61,310 nt of DNA from positions 1-61,310 of the forward strand of contig SKVR01000219.1 of assembly GCA_007129355.1 (NCBI GenBank), in the 5' to 3' direction. The position numbers and the translations under genes are program-made. The stretch is from Bacteroidales bacterium. GTDB lineage: Bacteria > Bacteroidota > Bacteroidia > Bacteroidales > UBA7960. Shown here in pieces: positions 46,036 through 57,125 of this stretch (position 1 is the first letter of the stretch; the number at the start of each line of letters is the position of its first letter). The notes below the pieces were generated by a model. It saw nothing but the letters and a program-made list of their open reading frames with translations. It was not told the origin of the DNA and searched no databases.

Positions 46036-47973
46036 TCAGAACTCTGTCAGTTCTTTGATTTCATTTTCAACCAGTTTTATGAAATCTTCAGGGGCAAAAG
46101 TGCCTAAATCACCTTTTCCATGTTTTCTGACAGACAAAGTTCCTTCATTTTCCTCCTTCTCGCCAACAATGATCATGTACGGAATCTTGCGTGTTTCAGC
46201 ATCTCTGATCTTTTTGCCGGTTTTTTCACTACGCTCATCAATAAGAGTGCGAATTTCGGAATTATTTAGCAAATTTAAAACTTTTTTTGCATAATTCTCA
46301 TACTTCTCGCTGATTGGCAATACGATAACCTGTTCAGGAGTAAGCCAAAGCGGGAAGTTTCCGGCACAATGTTCAATAAGCACTGCCACAAAACGTTCCA
46401 TTGAACCAAACGGTGCGCGGTGAATCATTACCGGACGATGTTTTTGATTATCAGCCCCTGTGTATTCCAGTTCAAAGCGATCGGGCAGGTTGTAATCCAC
46501 CTGGATAGTTCCCAACTGCCATCTGCGTCCCAGGGCATCTTTTACCATAAAATCCAATTTAGGGCCGTAGAATGCTGCCTCTCCCAGTTCTACTTCAGCT
46601 TTAATACCTTTTTCTTCAACAGCTTCAATGATGGACTTTTCTGCCTTTTCCCAGTTCTCATCGGTACCTATATATTTTTCTTTATTATCAGCATCGCGCA
46701 AGGAGATTTGCACCCCATAATCCTTAAAATCAAGCGCTTTAAAGATGTAGAGTATAATATCCATTACCTTAAGAAACTCTTCTTTTACCTGATCAGGCCG
46801 GCAGAAGATATGGGCATCATCCTGAGTAAATCCTCTAACGCGAGTCAATCCGTGCAATTCACCGCTTTGTTCATAGCGGTAAACAGTACCAAATTCGGCC
46901 ATTCTGATGGGAAGGTCTTTATAAGAATACTGTCGTGTTTTATATATTTCGCAATGGTGCGGGCAGTTCATGGGTTTAAGCAGAAACTCCTCTCCTTCTG
47001 CAGGTGTCTGAATCGGCTGAAATGAATCCTTCCCGTATTTTTCATAGTGACCACTGATAACGTAAAGGTTCTTATTTCCTATATGTGGTGTTATTACGGG
47101 AACGTAACCTGCTTTGCGCTGTACATTTTTCAGAAACTTCTCCAGATTCTCCCTAAGCTGCGCTCCGTTGGGAAGCCACAACGGAAGTCCTTGACCTACA
47201 TTTTGTGAAAAAGCAAAAAGTTCCAGTTCGCGTCCGATTTTTCGATGATCGCGCTTTTTGGCTTCCTCAAGCATTTCAAGATATTCTGTAAGCTGCTTTT
47301 GCTTGGGGAAAGTAATACCATAAACTCTTGTTAGTTGCTTTCGGCTTTCATCGCCACGCCAGTAAGCACCGGCAATGCTGAGTAACTTTACTGCTTTTAT
47401 GGAGCTGGTATCCATAAGATGCGGACCACGGCAGAGATCGGTAAAGTTTCCTGATTCATATAAACTGATGGTCCCGTCTTCCAGGTCCTGAAGAAGGTCT
47501 ACCTTGTATTCATCTCCTTTTTTGCTGTAAAAATCCAGGGCTTTCTCTTTAGGGATCTCCTTTCTCACAAATTCCTGTTTCTGGCGGGCAAGTTCAAGCA
47601 TCTTCTTTTCGATTTTCTCAAAATCATTGCTCGAAATGGTTTGATCTCCCAGATCTATATCATAATAAAATCCATTTTCAACATCAGGACCAATTCCAAA
47701 CTTAGTGCCCGGATACAATGTTTCAATGGCTTCTGCCATAAGATGTGCCGATGAATGCCACATGGTTGCTTTACCTTCCTTATCATCCCAGGTATTAAGC
47801 TTAATCTTCGCATCTTCGTTGATAGGTCGATCAAGATCCCACACATCACCATTTACATTAACCGAAAGCACATTTCGTGCAAGCCCCTCACTGATGCTCC
47901 TGGCAATTTCAATACCGGTAACACCTTTGGGGAATTCTTTAACTGAGTTATCTGGAAGAGTTATTTTGATCAT
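46036..47973 (-). CDS. thrS: threonine--tRNA ligase
   Basis: 645 aa with TGS-like N-terminus, editing domain ([10 protein letters not shown]), class II core and C-terminal anticodon-binding domain. Conserved thrS-infC-rpmI-rplT order. Confidence 0.97.
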   Translation of the reverse strand: MIKITLPDNSVKEFPKGVTGIEIARSISEGLARNVLSVNVNGDVWDLDRPINEDAKIKLNTWDDKEGKATMWHSSAHLMAEAIETLYPGTKFGIGPDVENGFYYDIDLGDQTISSNDFEKIEKKMLELARQKQEFVRKEIPKEKALDFYSKKGDEYKVDLLQDLEDGTISLYESGNFTDLCRGPHLMDTSSIKAVKLLSIAGAYWRGDESRKQLTRVYGITFPKQKQLTEYLEMLEEAKKRDHRKIGRELELFAFSQNVGQGLPLWLPNGAQLRENLEKFLKNVQRKAGYVPVITPHIGNKNLYVISGHYEKYGKDSFQPIQTPAEGEEFLLKPMNCPHHCEIYKTRQYSYKDLPIRMAEFGTVYRYEQSGELHGLTRVRGFTQDDAHIFCRPDQVKEEFLKVMDIILYIFKALDFKDYGVQISLRDADNKEKYIGTDENWEKAEKSIIEAVEEKGIKAEVELGEAAFYGPKLDFMVKDALGRRWQLGTIQVDYNLPDRFELEYTGADNQKHRPVMIHRAPFGSMERFVAVLIEHCAGNFPLWLTPEQVIVLPISEKYENYAKKVLNLLNNSEIRTLIDERSEKTGKKIRDAETRKIPYMIIVGEKEENEGTLSVRKHGKGDLGTFAPEDFIKLVENEIKELTEF

Positions 47974-47998
47974 ATGATTTCCTTGAATTTTAAGGGGG

Positions 47999-48006
47999 CA
48001 AAGGTA
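47999..48006 (-). promoter_or_regulatory. -7 box TACCTTTG upstream of thrS
   Basis: Plus-strand caaaggta is the reverse complement of TAnnTTTG. It lies 25 nt upstream of the thrS ATG. Confidence 0.4.
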
Positions 48007-48182
48007 CGAAAAAATATGCTTTTACGCCGTTTGGATGGAAAATAAAGAATTTTTAATGTTTCCATCTTAACGCTTACCCAAATCAAAGGTTCACATAAAA
48101 AAAATAATAGAGGAAAACCGGCAATTTTTATTGTTTAAACATGGTCAACTGGGTCATGCAGTTGGTTAAAAGTCCTGAAAGC

Positions 48183-48213
48183 AAAAAAAAACCATCAATC
48201 TTTTATCATGGTT
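48183..48213 (-). terminator. terminator after the C40 peptidase gene
   Basis: The minus strand reads aaccat-12 nt loop-atggtt followed by T7-8. Confidence 0.45.
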
Positions 48214-48289
48214 CCGGTTTTTCAAGAATTATGTATAAACATTTTTCTACTTATAATTGGCATGCACCAAAGATTTATATTCTCAGGAA

Positions 48290-49063
48290 TTACATTCTTT
48301 TGATCAGACGCAGCTTATGAGAGTATTTTTTGATTTCGGTATTAAAAATTCCCTGGTGATCAATTTTATCTATTCTCGCTTTCTGGTGGGCATGCAGGAT
48401 ATGTTCACTATCCAGCAGAATTCCTACGTGATTTATAATTTCCTCTTCATTATCAAAGAATAACAGATCGCCGGGTAATGCTTCATGGATAAGATTTATC
48501 ATTTCACCCTGTGTAGCCTGCTGCGAGGCATCACGTAAAATGGATTTACCTGCAATTTTATATGCCACCTGAGTTAAACCCGAGCAATCAATACCGAGAG
48601 CCGATCTGCCTCCCCACAAATACGGGCAATGCAAAAACATCATTGCACTGTTTACCAGTAAATCACGATCAAAATCTTTTACCGGGTTCATGTTTCCATG
48701 GTATACATAGTCATCTCCCAAAAGGTTGAAGCTCCTATCCTTACAATCATAAAAGGTGCTTCCTGCTGATACCAGAAAACTTGAGTTTCGCGTTTTATTT
48801 TCAAGAACCTGTACCAGGTCTGAACTCACCCATTTTATTGCATTATTCAGATTTCCAAAATCATCATCAAAAAGCCCAGTGATTTGTCCCCGCGATATCC
48901 AGCCTGAATAGTTATCATGTAGGAGTCTTACAGACAACCATTTGTCCTGGGTTTCGATGATTTCTGCTAATTCTCCGAAAAGCATCTGTGATACCATTTC
49001 ACTTCTGTCGTCTGGCGACAATCGCACTGGTGCAACAGCAATCAAGCATATACCATACTTCAT
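48290..49063 (-). CDS. C40 (NlpC/P60) family peptidase with N-terminal SH3-like domain
   Basis: 257 aa. Catalytic GIDCSGLTQVAYK (Cys) and GDLLFF..INHVGILL (His). No signal peptide, so it is possibly a cytoplasmic murein-peptide endopeptidase. Confidence 0.85.
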   Translation of the reverse strand: MKYGICLIAVAPVRLSPDDRSEMVSQMLFGELAEIIETQDKWLSVRLLHDNYSGWISRGQITGLFDDDFGNLNNAIKWVSSDLVQVLENKTRNSSFLVSAGSTFYDCKDRSFNLLGDDYVYHGNMNPVKDFDRDLLVNSAMMFLHCPYLWGGRSALGIDCSGLTQVAYKIAGKSILRDASQQATQGEMINLIHEALPGDLLFFDNEEEIINHVGILLDSEHILHAHQKARIDKIDHQGIFNTEIKKYSHKLRLIKRM

Positions 49064-49239
49064 AATCTGATATTTAGTGAGTAAAAATATAGAAAAAGCG
49101 GCTATTATCCTTGGAAAAATAGAATTATATCAGGATTATATATTCTAAATTAAGAGGTGGCGTGATAAATCAATCAACTTTTTGCGCTTTATTTGCAGAA
49201 AAGTTGCATTGATATTTCTGTTAAACAGATAAATAGGTT

Positions 49240-49247
49240 TATTTTTG
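49240..49247 (+). promoter_or_regulatory. -7 box TATTTTTG upstream of the flippase-like gene
   Basis: Exact TAnnTTTG match 29 nt upstream of the ATG at 49276. Confidence 0.4.
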
Positions 49248-49275
49248 CCAAATTACAGATTACTGCCAAACCGGA

Positions 49276-50739
49276 ATGATAAACATTAAAGAGCACTTTA
49301 AGCTTACAGCCATTTATACGTTTTTTGCAACGTTTCCTGCTCTTTTACAGCTGATTGTATATCCTGTAATTGAAGGAGAAACCCGGTTGGGTGCTGAAGA
49401 TTTTGGTTATCTTGCCATAGTAGAAGTAATTATTTCCCTGGTTTTTACCATTAGCATTTTTGGAACAGCCAACGGACTTGCCAGACTTTATTATGACAAA
49501 CGAGATGATAAACAGGCATATAACAAACTGGTATCTACAGTTTTATCGGGAATCATAACTCGTGGTTTACTGCTTACAGGAATATCCATTTTATTTGCTC
49601 CGCTCATTGGCAGTATTTTTAATCAACCTGCACTGCAAAATTTCAGCGAATACGGGCCCTGGTCAGTAATATCAGGACTCAATCGTGCCGTAATATTCAT
49701 GGCGGTAGTTCTTTTTCGCCATGAAAAAAAACTAATTTATTTCATTATAATAAGCCTGCTTTCTGGTTTATTTCGTTCTGGATTTCAGATAGCAGGTGTT
49801 TTATTTTATGAGCTTTCGTTCAAGGGTTATGTATACGGAACAACTATCGGAGGAGGAATTGTTGCCCTGGGAATCATCATTTTTATTTACTCAAAAAGTG
49901 GTATTCAAAATAAAAAGAGCATTAATTCGGAGCTTTACCCATTTTCACGGCCCTTGTTTTTTTCTGAACTGATTTTCTGGGGTCTTTTATTTGCCGACAG
50001 GTTTTTCCTTTTGGGAAATCCTGAGCAGTTGGGTATTTATGATAATGCTCTCAAATTTGCAATGGGCATTCAACTGTTAATACAGGGATTATCGGCAAGT
50101 GTGCAACCCGAAATCTTCCGGTTTCTCAAAGAAGGTGTAGAAAAAAGACATGATGATATCAAAAAACTATCATCCCTGCTATTGGCTGAATCACTTGTAA
50201 TTATAGCAGTTACCATCATTCCTGTAATGCTCTTTATTCTTATTTTTTATGAAACCAGCCTTCGGCTATCAGCAGGAATAGTGGCTATTCTGTTTGTAAG
50301 GTATATTTTCAGGGTACAATATGTAATTTTTTCCTGGCCATTGATGTTTAGCAAAAAAACTATCTGGTTTTTTATCCTCAATTTTTTTGTATTGATTATA
50401 AACCTGACAATCAACTGGATTCTTACGCCGCGAATAGGTTATTATGGAGCTGTTATAGCTTTTCTTATTTCATCATTTTTCCAGGTAATGATACTTTTTA
50501 TTATTCAGCAAAAAATTATTCCCATCAAATGGAATTACAAAAAAATGTTGGTTTTTCCTTTTGGGATAATTGGGTTAGCTATCCTTCTGGAAGTAATAAA
50601 GCTTTATCTTAATTTAAATATCTATATCAATTCTTTAATACTGGTAATCGCAATTATTTCAGGGCTCCTGATACTTTATGGGAAAGAGCTCTATGCCATA
50701 TTGAAAAGGCCAGGCAACACTACCAGAAATGAAAAATAG
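49276..50739 (+). CDS. MOP-superfamily oligosaccharide/polysaccharide flippase-like membrane protein
   Basis: 487 aa with about 12-14 TM helices. Size and topology are typical of Wzx-type flippases. No sharper motif was read. Confidence 0.65.
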   Translation: MINIKEHFKLTAIYTFFATFPALLQLIVYPVIEGETRLGAEDFGYLAIVEVIISLVFTISIFGTANGLARLYYDKRDDKQAYNKLVSTVLSGIITRGLLLTGISILFAPLIGSIFNQPALQNFSEYGPWSVISGLNRAVIFMAVVLFRHEKKLIYFIIISLLSGLFRSGFQIAGVLFYELSFKGYVYGTTIGGGIVALGIIIFIYSKSGIQNKKSINSELYPFSRPLFFSELIFWGLLFADRFFLLGNPEQLGIYDNALKFAMGIQLLIQGLSASVQPEIFRFLKEGVEKRHDDIKKLSSLLLAESLVIIAVTIIPVMLFILIFYETSLRLSAGIVAILFVRYIFRVQYVIFSWPLMFSKKTIWFFILNFFVLIINLTINWILTPRIGYYGAVIAFLISSFFQVMILFIIQQKIIPIKWNYKKMLVFPFGIIGLAILLEVIKLYLNLNIYINSLILVIAIISGLLILYGKELYAILKRPGNTTRNEK

Positions 50740-51525
50740 TTAAAATATAAATAATCCTACTTACTCCTGATAAACAAAATTAGATTTGATCGCGTATAGC
50801 TCATGTGGGATTATTGAAAAGCTCAGTTGGCTCCCTGCCAAACAAATCTAACAATGGGAGAACATGCGGAAATGCTATGTAAATAAATAATAAGGTTGGT
50901 CATAAGCACTTCCCTGTCCAAATACTTCTTTTGTGTAGCTATTTTCAAACTAATAGTCGCCGAATACCAAAAGGGAATAAATGGGATCATCGGGCCGATA
51001 GTTAGCATCTTTTAAAAATAGTTTTGAGAATTTCCCATATTCGGAGTGGAATAGAGTTTATGATAAAGTCCTGTTTGTCTGAAGGTGGTTGTAAAACCGG
51101 GGGCAATGATACTATGAGAATTTTGGGTTAGTGGTTCCATAATAAAATCATATGGATCCAGTTATAAGGCAGTTTTTATCTGCCTTAAACCCTATGTGTA
51201 AAAAAACAGTTTTATTTTCATTGAATTTGGCTAAAAACCAGGAGTTAGTAAATGAGATTCATATGGTTTGGTATAACTTTTTTGCCGTATCCAATAATTA
51301 TATTGCAAAGTATTGTATGTAATTTTCAGATCTTTTATGGTATTTTGCATAAGTTAGACAATCATGGAATATGGATTATACAGAGTTTTCTGTACTTTTA
51401 TAATCTGGTTTTAGCAAAACAATGGCTAAAGGTTAAAATAAAAAGTCTTATTTTTCAGAATGAACAAATAAAGCAATAATGTTTTGAATTATATCCAGAC
51501 TTTGGAAATAGTAAACACCTGAATA

Positions 51526-53610
51526 ATGATAAGAATCTACCACTGGCTTCAGGAAAATTTCTCTAACATCGTTAGAGTAATTTTATTTGCCACCAGCATA
51601 GTGCTGATAGTGCTCTTATTTCCACGCCAGACAGGTTTTTTCTGGGAGTTTTCTCAGGCTCGTCCGTGGATGTATGAAGACCTTATAGCTCCGTTTAACT
51701 TTGCCATACAAAAAACCCCGGAAGAGCTGGCAAGAGAAAGAGATGAAGTATTAAGTGAATATACCCCCTTTTTCAGAAAAGACTCCGCAATTTATGACCG
51801 GCAGTTTCAGCTTATGAACAATCGGTTTGAACTGTTATGGTCGGAAAATTTCGGTGATAAAGAAATTCCTTCTCTGGTTAAAGAAAACCGTAAAAATATT
51901 GCTATAAATATTTTTGACTCCATCTATCAAACCGGTGTTATTTTTCTGGAAGGAGAAATGACAAATGCCAATGCCGAAACCCATATTCTGCTTCTTGACG
52001 GAGCAATAGCCCGGTCAAGGAAAGTTGGTGATTTTTTCAATGTTCGAGAAGCATTCCAGTTTGCCAACAGGATGCTTGAAAGAGAAAATATTGAACCTGA
52101 ACACCTTAATCTGCTTCGCAATGTACTCGAAAACTCTATAACCCATTCGGTTTTCCAGGATGAAGAGACCAATAGCAAGGCCATTGCTTCAGCTATGGAA
52201 AGAATTTCACCCACTCGCGGAATGGTGCAACAGGGTGAAAAGATTATTTCCAAAGGTGAGCTGATTACTACCGAGAAGTTGAAGGTTCTTGAATCGTTTC
52301 GGGCAGAATACATCAGACAGCTAGGAAGTTCATCGACCAACTATCTTGTATTTTGGGGGCAGTTGCTACTGGTTTCTATTTCTATAGTAGTGCTAAGTCT
52401 TTTTCTTTGGGTTTTCCGGAAAGAAGTCTTTTACAATACCCGAAAATTGATTGTAATTCTTTTGTCAATCTTCCTGATGATACTCCTTACAAGCCAGGTG
52501 GTTAAGTACAATATTGAAATGCTTTACCTGATTCCGGTGTGCATTGTTCCTATTATTATCCGTAGTTTTTTCGACAACCGACTTGCCCTTTACGTGCACA
52601 TTACCAGTATTATTCTCATTGGATTCCTTGTGCCCAAAAGTTTCGAGTTTGTTTTTCTGCAATTTATTGCGGGTATTATTGCCATATTATCAATGGCAGG
52701 TTTGCGCAGGCGCTCGCAGTTGTTTGCAACCGTTTCGCTGATTTTCCTAACATATGCCGCAGTATTTACCGGCCTTACCCTGGCACAAACAGGAACTTTC
52801 TCAGAAATAGAACCAGTTAATTATGTGTATTTTGCAGGCAGCGCATTGCTAACCTTATTCTCCTATCCATTGATTTATATTTTTGAAAGAACATCGGGTC
52901 TGCCAACAGATTTTTCACTTCTGGAACTTTCCGATACCAATTCTCCTTTATTGAGACAACTTAATATTGCAGCTCCAGGCACATTCCAGCATTCGCTGCA
53001 GGTGGCTAACCTTTCTGAAGAAGCAATCAATATAATCGGGGGAAATAGTCTTCTGGTCAGAACAGGAGCATTATACCACGACATTGGTAAGATGGAACAG
53101 CCACAGTATTTTATTGAAAATCAAAACTCCGAAATCAATCCACATGATGAACTAAGTTATGTTGAAAGTGCTGAAATCATTATCGGGCATGTTATACGTG
53201 GCATTGAAAAAGCCAGAAAACACAACATTCCTGAATATATTATTGATTTTATCCGAACCCATCACGGCACAACAACCACACGTTATTTTTACGCCATGGA
53301 GCAAAAGGACAATCCTGACATTGAAATTGACCGTGGTATCTTTACCTACAATGGCCCCATACCCTTCAGTAAAGAAACCGCCGTGCTAATGATGGCTGAT
53401 TCTGTAGAGGCTGCATCGCGGAGTATGAAAAAACCCAATGAGGAGTCCATTGACAAACTGGTTGAAAACATTATCAATACCCAGATTGAAGAAAAACAGT
53501 TTGACAATGCCAATATTACCTTTAAGGATATCAATATTATCAAAAGAGTTTTCAAAAACCGGCTGATGCATATTTTTCATGTCAGAATAGCATACCCTGT
53601 AAGTAATTGA
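51526..53610 (+). CDS. 7TM-HD (HDIG) membrane phosphohydrolase, PgpH-like (candidate c-di-AMP phosphodiesterase)
   Basis: 694 aa with an N-terminal extracellular region, a 7-TM block and a C-terminal HD domain containing HSLQVANL, YHDIGK and THHGTT. Confidence 0.85.
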   Translation: MIRIYHWLQENFSNIVRVILFATSIVLIVLLFPRQTGFFWEFSQARPWMYEDLIAPFNFAIQKTPEELARERDEVLSEYTPFFRKDSAIYDRQFQLMNNRFELLWSENFGDKEIPSLVKENRKNIAINIFDSIYQTGVIFLEGEMTNANAETHILLLDGAIARSRKVGDFFNVREAFQFANRMLERENIEPEHLNLLRNVLENSITHSVFQDEETNSKAIASAMERISPTRGMVQQGEKIISKGELITTEKLKVLESFRAEYIRQLGSSSTNYLVFWGQLLLVSISIVVLSLFLWVFRKEVFYNTRKLIVILLSIFLMILLTSQVVKYNIEMLYLIPVCIVPIIIRSFFDNRLALYVHITSIILIGFLVPKSFEFVFLQFIAGIIAILSMAGLRRRSQLFATVSLIFLTYAAVFTGLTLAQTGTFSEIEPVNYVYFAGSALLTLFSYPLIYIFERTSGLPTDFSLLELSDTNSPLLRQLNIAAPGTFQHSLQVANLSEEAINIIGGNSLLVRTGALYHDIGKMEQPQYFIENQNSEINPHDELSYVESAEIIIGHVIRGIEKARKHNIPEYIIDFIRTHHGTTTTRYFYAMEQKDNPDIEIDRGIFTYNGPIPFSKETAVLMMADSVEAASRSMKKPNEESIDKLVENIINTQIEEKQFDNANITFKDINIIKRVFKNRLMHIFHVRIAYPVSN

Positions 53611-53667
53611 TTTCTATGAAATGTTTCGGGGCTGATAATTCCAGTTCAGATTTGTACATCAAACTGT

Positions 53668-54321
53668 TTACCCAGTTATAGTATTTTGAAGATATTTAAG
53701 TGTATCAGGTCCGGTGTTAAATAACAGGTCAAGAATACTTAGGTTAGGCTGAAATCCATGCTTATCTGCAAAAACCTGATAATAAGTTTCAAAAAATATT
53801 TCTGTCCTACCTATTCTATCTTTTACTTTAGGACTAATGCAAAATCTCAAATCAATATATCCTGAAGAATCGTGAATAAACGAATCCGTAAATTCTGCAG
53901 ATTTATGTATACCAAGATCATCGAGTATATTTAAAAGAACCTTTTGATTAAACTCATAAAGCATCGATGTTTGGGTATCCATTACAAGACCTTCCACCAT
54001 ATCCTTATAGTATATAAAATACGGCGCATTGCGATAAGCAGATTCAATGCTTCTCCAGTGATTTTTCTGCCAGGAGTTATGTGAGCTTATGACAATTTCA
54101 GATGTTTTGGTTTGATTACCGTAAGGCTTTTCAACAGGTATGGTAAGGTCCATCAGGCCATTGGCACTGAAAATTCTGCACCGATTACGCCAGGTTTGCT
54201 TGGGGTAGGTTTCATGGATATCAATGAAAACCTTTTCATACTTACAAAAGTTGACAAAGTATTCCAGTGATGGAAAACAGGCAGTGGAAAGCAATAACTT
54301 ATTGTTTGAAGAAATATCCAT
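53668..54321 (-). CDS. WbqC family protein
   Basis: 217 aa. QPNLSILDLLFNTGP at the C-terminus and WRNRCRI are as I remember them for the WbqC-like family. Located downstream of lepB. Confidence 0.7.
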   Translation of the reverse strand: MDISSNNKLLLSTACFPSLEYFVNFCKYEKVFIDIHETYPKQTWRNRCRIFSANGLMDLTIPVEKPYGNQTKTSEIVISSHNSWQKNHWRSIESAYRNAPYFIYYKDMVEGLVMDTQTSMLYEFNQKVLLNILDDLGIHKSAEFTDSFIHDSSGYIDLRFCISPKVKDRIGRTEIFFETYYQVFADKHGFQPNLSILDLLFNTGPDTLKYLQNTITG

Positions 54322-54340
54322 TTATCTGTTTTCTGATTAA

Positions 54341-55423
54341 CTATTCAGCGTTTTTAAAAATACGATTCCAGCGCATGCGTCCAATCAAACCCTCATTTTT
54401 ATCAAAAGAAAGAAAAACTCCTGAAACCCTTCCAATAATATGACTTTCAGGTACCAGTCCCCAGGTGCGCGAATCTGAAGTGTTATGCCTGTTATCACCC
54501 ATCACAAAATAATAATTCATACTGAAGATATATTCATTCGTCAGCCTTCCATTAATAAATACTGAATCATTACTTACACGAATCTTTTGTCTCTCATGAT
54601 AAAGTATGGCCTCATAAAATAAATCAAGATTCACGGAATCCAGATAAACAGTCATTCCATTCCGGGGAATAACGATAGGGCCAAACTCATCAGCAGTCCA
54701 GAAATCAGCTTTTTTTCCAAAAGGATTATCGTAGGTGGTCAGGAGGTCTTCTTTGCTTTTTTGTACTCTTAATATATCTGGTAGCTTTAAAATGGAATCA
54801 GCCATATCAGGTGTAAGAGAAAATAAAAACCGGTTACGACCGCTCGTTTTTGATATTTCTTTTACACCATAATTTTTAAGAAAATCATCATTAATGACAT
54901 CTCTGCGGGTATCTACCCAATAATTGAACTGAACACTTCCCGGATCGGTTTGTGGCTTTCCGTTGATATAAATTACCGAGTTGTTTATGCCAATGATATC
55001 ACCAGGCAGGGCCACAACGCGTTTAACACGTGGAGCTCTTTTATCAATAGGTGTTTTATGAAAGGCAGGAGTATTGAAAAAAACTAAATCACTTTGTTGA
55101 ATTTTTCTGTTGCCGGGTAATCGCAAATATGGCAGTTGTCTTACCGGAGGTAAGGCATCAGTCGATAAAAACAGATTTACCCAGTGCTGCGGTACAACCC
55201 TTAATGGAAGCCGCGTACCGTAATTGTATTTTTTTACAACAATTATATCTCCTGATAGCAAGCTGCCTTCCATGGTGCTTCCTGAAAGGCTTACCAGGTC
55301 AAAAACAAAAAACCTGAAAAGGATAATGGTAAGAACAGCAATTAAGGCTGCCTTCAACCACTCCTGCCAATGAGGTTTCAATAATTTTACCGGTTTTCTT
55401 TTTCTGCGGCGTTTAACTGGCAT
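54341..55423 (-). CDS. lepB: signal peptidase I
   Basis: 360 aa. TM anchor, Ser box SGSTMEGSL, GDNRHNTSDSRTWG box. Confidence 0.9.
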   Translation of the reverse strand: MPVKRRRKRKPVKLLKPHWQEWLKAALIAVLTIILFRFFVFDLVSLSGSTMEGSLLSGDIIVVKKYNYGTRLPLRVVPQHWVNLFLSTDALPPVRQLPYLRLPGNRKIQQSDLVFFNTPAFHKTPIDKRAPRVKRVVALPGDIIGINNSVIYINGKPQTDPGSVQFNYWVDTRRDVINDDFLKNYGVKEISKTSGRNRFLFSLTPDMADSILKLPDILRVQKSKEDLLTTYDNPFGKKADFWTADEFGPIVIPRNGMTVYLDSVNLDLFYEAILYHERQKIRVSNDSVFINGRLTNEYIFSMNYYFVMGDNRHNTSDSRTWGLVPESHIIGRVSGVFLSFDKNEGLIGRMRWNRIFKNAE

Positions 55424-55441
55424 AATCTTTTATTAAGAGAA

Positions 55442-55449
55442 CAAAAATA
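55442..55449 (-). promoter_or_regulatory. -7 box TATTTTTG upstream of lepB
   Basis: Plus-strand caaaaata is the reverse complement of TAnnTTTG. It lies 19 nt upstream of the lepB ATG. Confidence 0.4.
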
Positions 55450-55509
55450 TAAAATGGAACGTCCCGTTTGCCGATAATCTTCTAAATTATTTTGGCGAAT
55501 TCAATTTCG

Positions 55510-55517
55510 TATCTTTG
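55510..55517 (+). promoter_or_regulatory. -7 box TATCTTTG upstream of nnr
   Basis: Exact TAnnTTTG match 20-32 nt upstream of the two candidate ATGs. Confidence 0.4.
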
Positions 55518-55548
55518 CTAAATTAATATAAGCTTAATGACTTGCTGC

Positions 55549-57060
55549 ATGAAGATTCTAAATAACCAACAAATCCGGGATACGGATAAACATACCATCG
55601 AAAATGAGCCCATAGCATCCATTGACCTTATGGAAAGGGCGTCCAAAGCTTTTTTTGACCAGGTTAAGAAACGGCTGAAAAAGCAGGATAAGATCAGAAT
55701 ATTTTGCGGAATGGGGAATAATGGAGGAGATGGACTGGCTGTTGCACGTATGCTCATTAATTCAGGCTATGATGTAAGTGTCTGCAAAATTGTCCACTCA
55801 GAAAACTCATCTCCGGATTTTGCCATAAATGAAGAAAGATTATGGAAGTTAAAGAAAGTAGATTTTAAAGAGATTTCCTGTAAACAGGAACTTCCTGAAA
55901 TTTCCGAAAAGGATATTATAATTGATGCCATATTTGGCAGCGGGTTGAGCCGCCCTTTGGAAGGCTTTCCTGCTGAAGTTGTAAAACACATCAACAAAAG
56001 CAATGCAAGGATTATTGCCATTGATCTTCCCAGCGGATTATTTGGAGAAGACAATACCGATAATATTCCGGAAAACATAATCAGAGCCGATTATACATTT
56101 ACTTTTCAGCTACCTAAGTTATCGTTTATGTTTCCTGAGAATGATATATACCTTGGTCAGTGGCAGGTGCTCGATATCGGGCTCAACCAGGAGTTTATCA
56201 ACCGTCAGGATACACCCTATCATTTTTTACTCAAGGAGGACCTGCTGCCTTTTTATAAATATCGTAAAAAATTTGACCACAAAGGAATCTTTGGTCATGC
56301 ACTTCTAATTGCTGGCAGTTATGGAAAAAGCGGGGCTGCAGTTCTGGCAGGTAAAGCAGCATTAAAAACCGGAACTGGCTTGCTCACAACTCATGTACCA
56401 TCAGCTAATTATACTATCCAGCAAACCAGTATTCCTGAAGGCATGGTTAGTATTGATGAGAATGAAAGAATCTTTACCGGAATTAAAAACCCCGATACAT
56501 GGTCAGCCATCGGAATTGGCCCGGGATTAGACAAAGATTCCGTTACACAAAATGCGCTTAAGCTACTCATTCAAAATGTTTCGCACCCGATAGTTCTGGA
56601 TGCCGATGCCCTGAATATACTGGCAGAAAACCCGACATGGCTGTCGTTTTTGCCTCCAGGCAGTATACTTACGCCTCATGTGGGTGAGTTTGAAAGGCTT
56701 GCGGGAAAATGTACAGCCGGTTGGGAAAGACTTGAAAAGGCAAGAGATTTTGCATTCCGTTTTCGCTGCTATGTGGTTTTAAAGGGAGCACACACCGCAG
56801 TGGTTACACCTGATAAGCAAGTTATATTTAATTCAACAGGAAACCCAGGTATGGCCACAGGAGGTTCGGGTGATGTGCTTACAGGAATGATACTGGGGTT
56901 CCTGGCCCAGGGTTATTCACCACAGTTTAGTTCTGTTGCTGCAGTATTTCTTCATGGACTTGCAGCCGATCTGGCAGTCAGAAGAAAACCGGCAGAAAGT
57001 TTGCTGGCCAGCGATATTATTAATTTCATTGAGCGTGCTATTCAGAAGGTCTATTACTGA
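55549..57060 (+). CDS. nnr: bifunctional NAD(P)H-hydrate epimerase / ADP-dependent dehydratase
   Basis: About 503 aa. Epimerase motif GMGNNGGDG, dehydratase part with HKGIFGH and GGSGDVLTG. The start at MKILNNQQIR (55549) is preferred, and the ATG at 55537 is also possible. Confidence 0.9.
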   Translation: MKILNNQQIRDTDKHTIENEPIASIDLMERASKAFFDQVKKRLKKQDKIRIFCGMGNNGGDGLAVARMLINSGYDVSVCKIVHSENSSPDFAINEERLWKLKKVDFKEISCKQELPEISEKDIIIDAIFGSGLSRPLEGFPAEVVKHINKSNARIIAIDLPSGLFGEDNTDNIPENIIRADYTFTFQLPKLSFMFPENDIYLGQWQVLDIGLNQEFINRQDTPYHFLLKEDLLPFYKYRKKFDHKGIFGHALLIAGSYGKSGAAVLAGKAALKTGTGLLTTHVPSANYTIQQTSIPEGMVSIDENERIFTGIKNPDTWSAIGIGPGLDKDSVTQNALKLLIQNVSHPIVLDADALNILAENPTWLSFLPPGSILTPHVGEFERLAGKCTAGWERLEKARDFAFRFRCYVVLKGAHTAVVTPDKQVIFNSTGNPGMATGGSGDVLTGMILGFLAQGYSPQFSSVAAVFLHGLAADLAVRRKPAESLLASDIINFIERAIQKVYY

Positions 57061-57125
57061 TCTGAAAAATAAAAGATATTACAGAATTAAAAGTCAGAAA
57101 TTGCAGGTAAACATCAGATTGTATC

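Noticed and set aside
46420-47025. Long antisense ORFs inside well-supported genes: 46420-47025 in thrS, 42975-43520 in the M13 peptidase, 37538-38035 in the FAD oxidase, 17772-18254 in NamZ, 18992-19474 in ALDH7, 59498-59974 in glnA, 11423-11869 in the NSS transporter, 51927-52340 in pgpH
   Set aside because: Each lies fully within a gene whose sense-strand product has clear family motifs. Their translations are low-complexity or hydrophobic with no recognisable motifs, which is typical of shadow ORFs.
50823-51479. ORF-track ORFs 50823-51008(-) and 51252-51479(+) as real genes
   Set aside because: The peptides are short, hydrophobic and AT-rich, with no motifs and no promoter boxes. They are treated as part of a gene-poor or decayed region.
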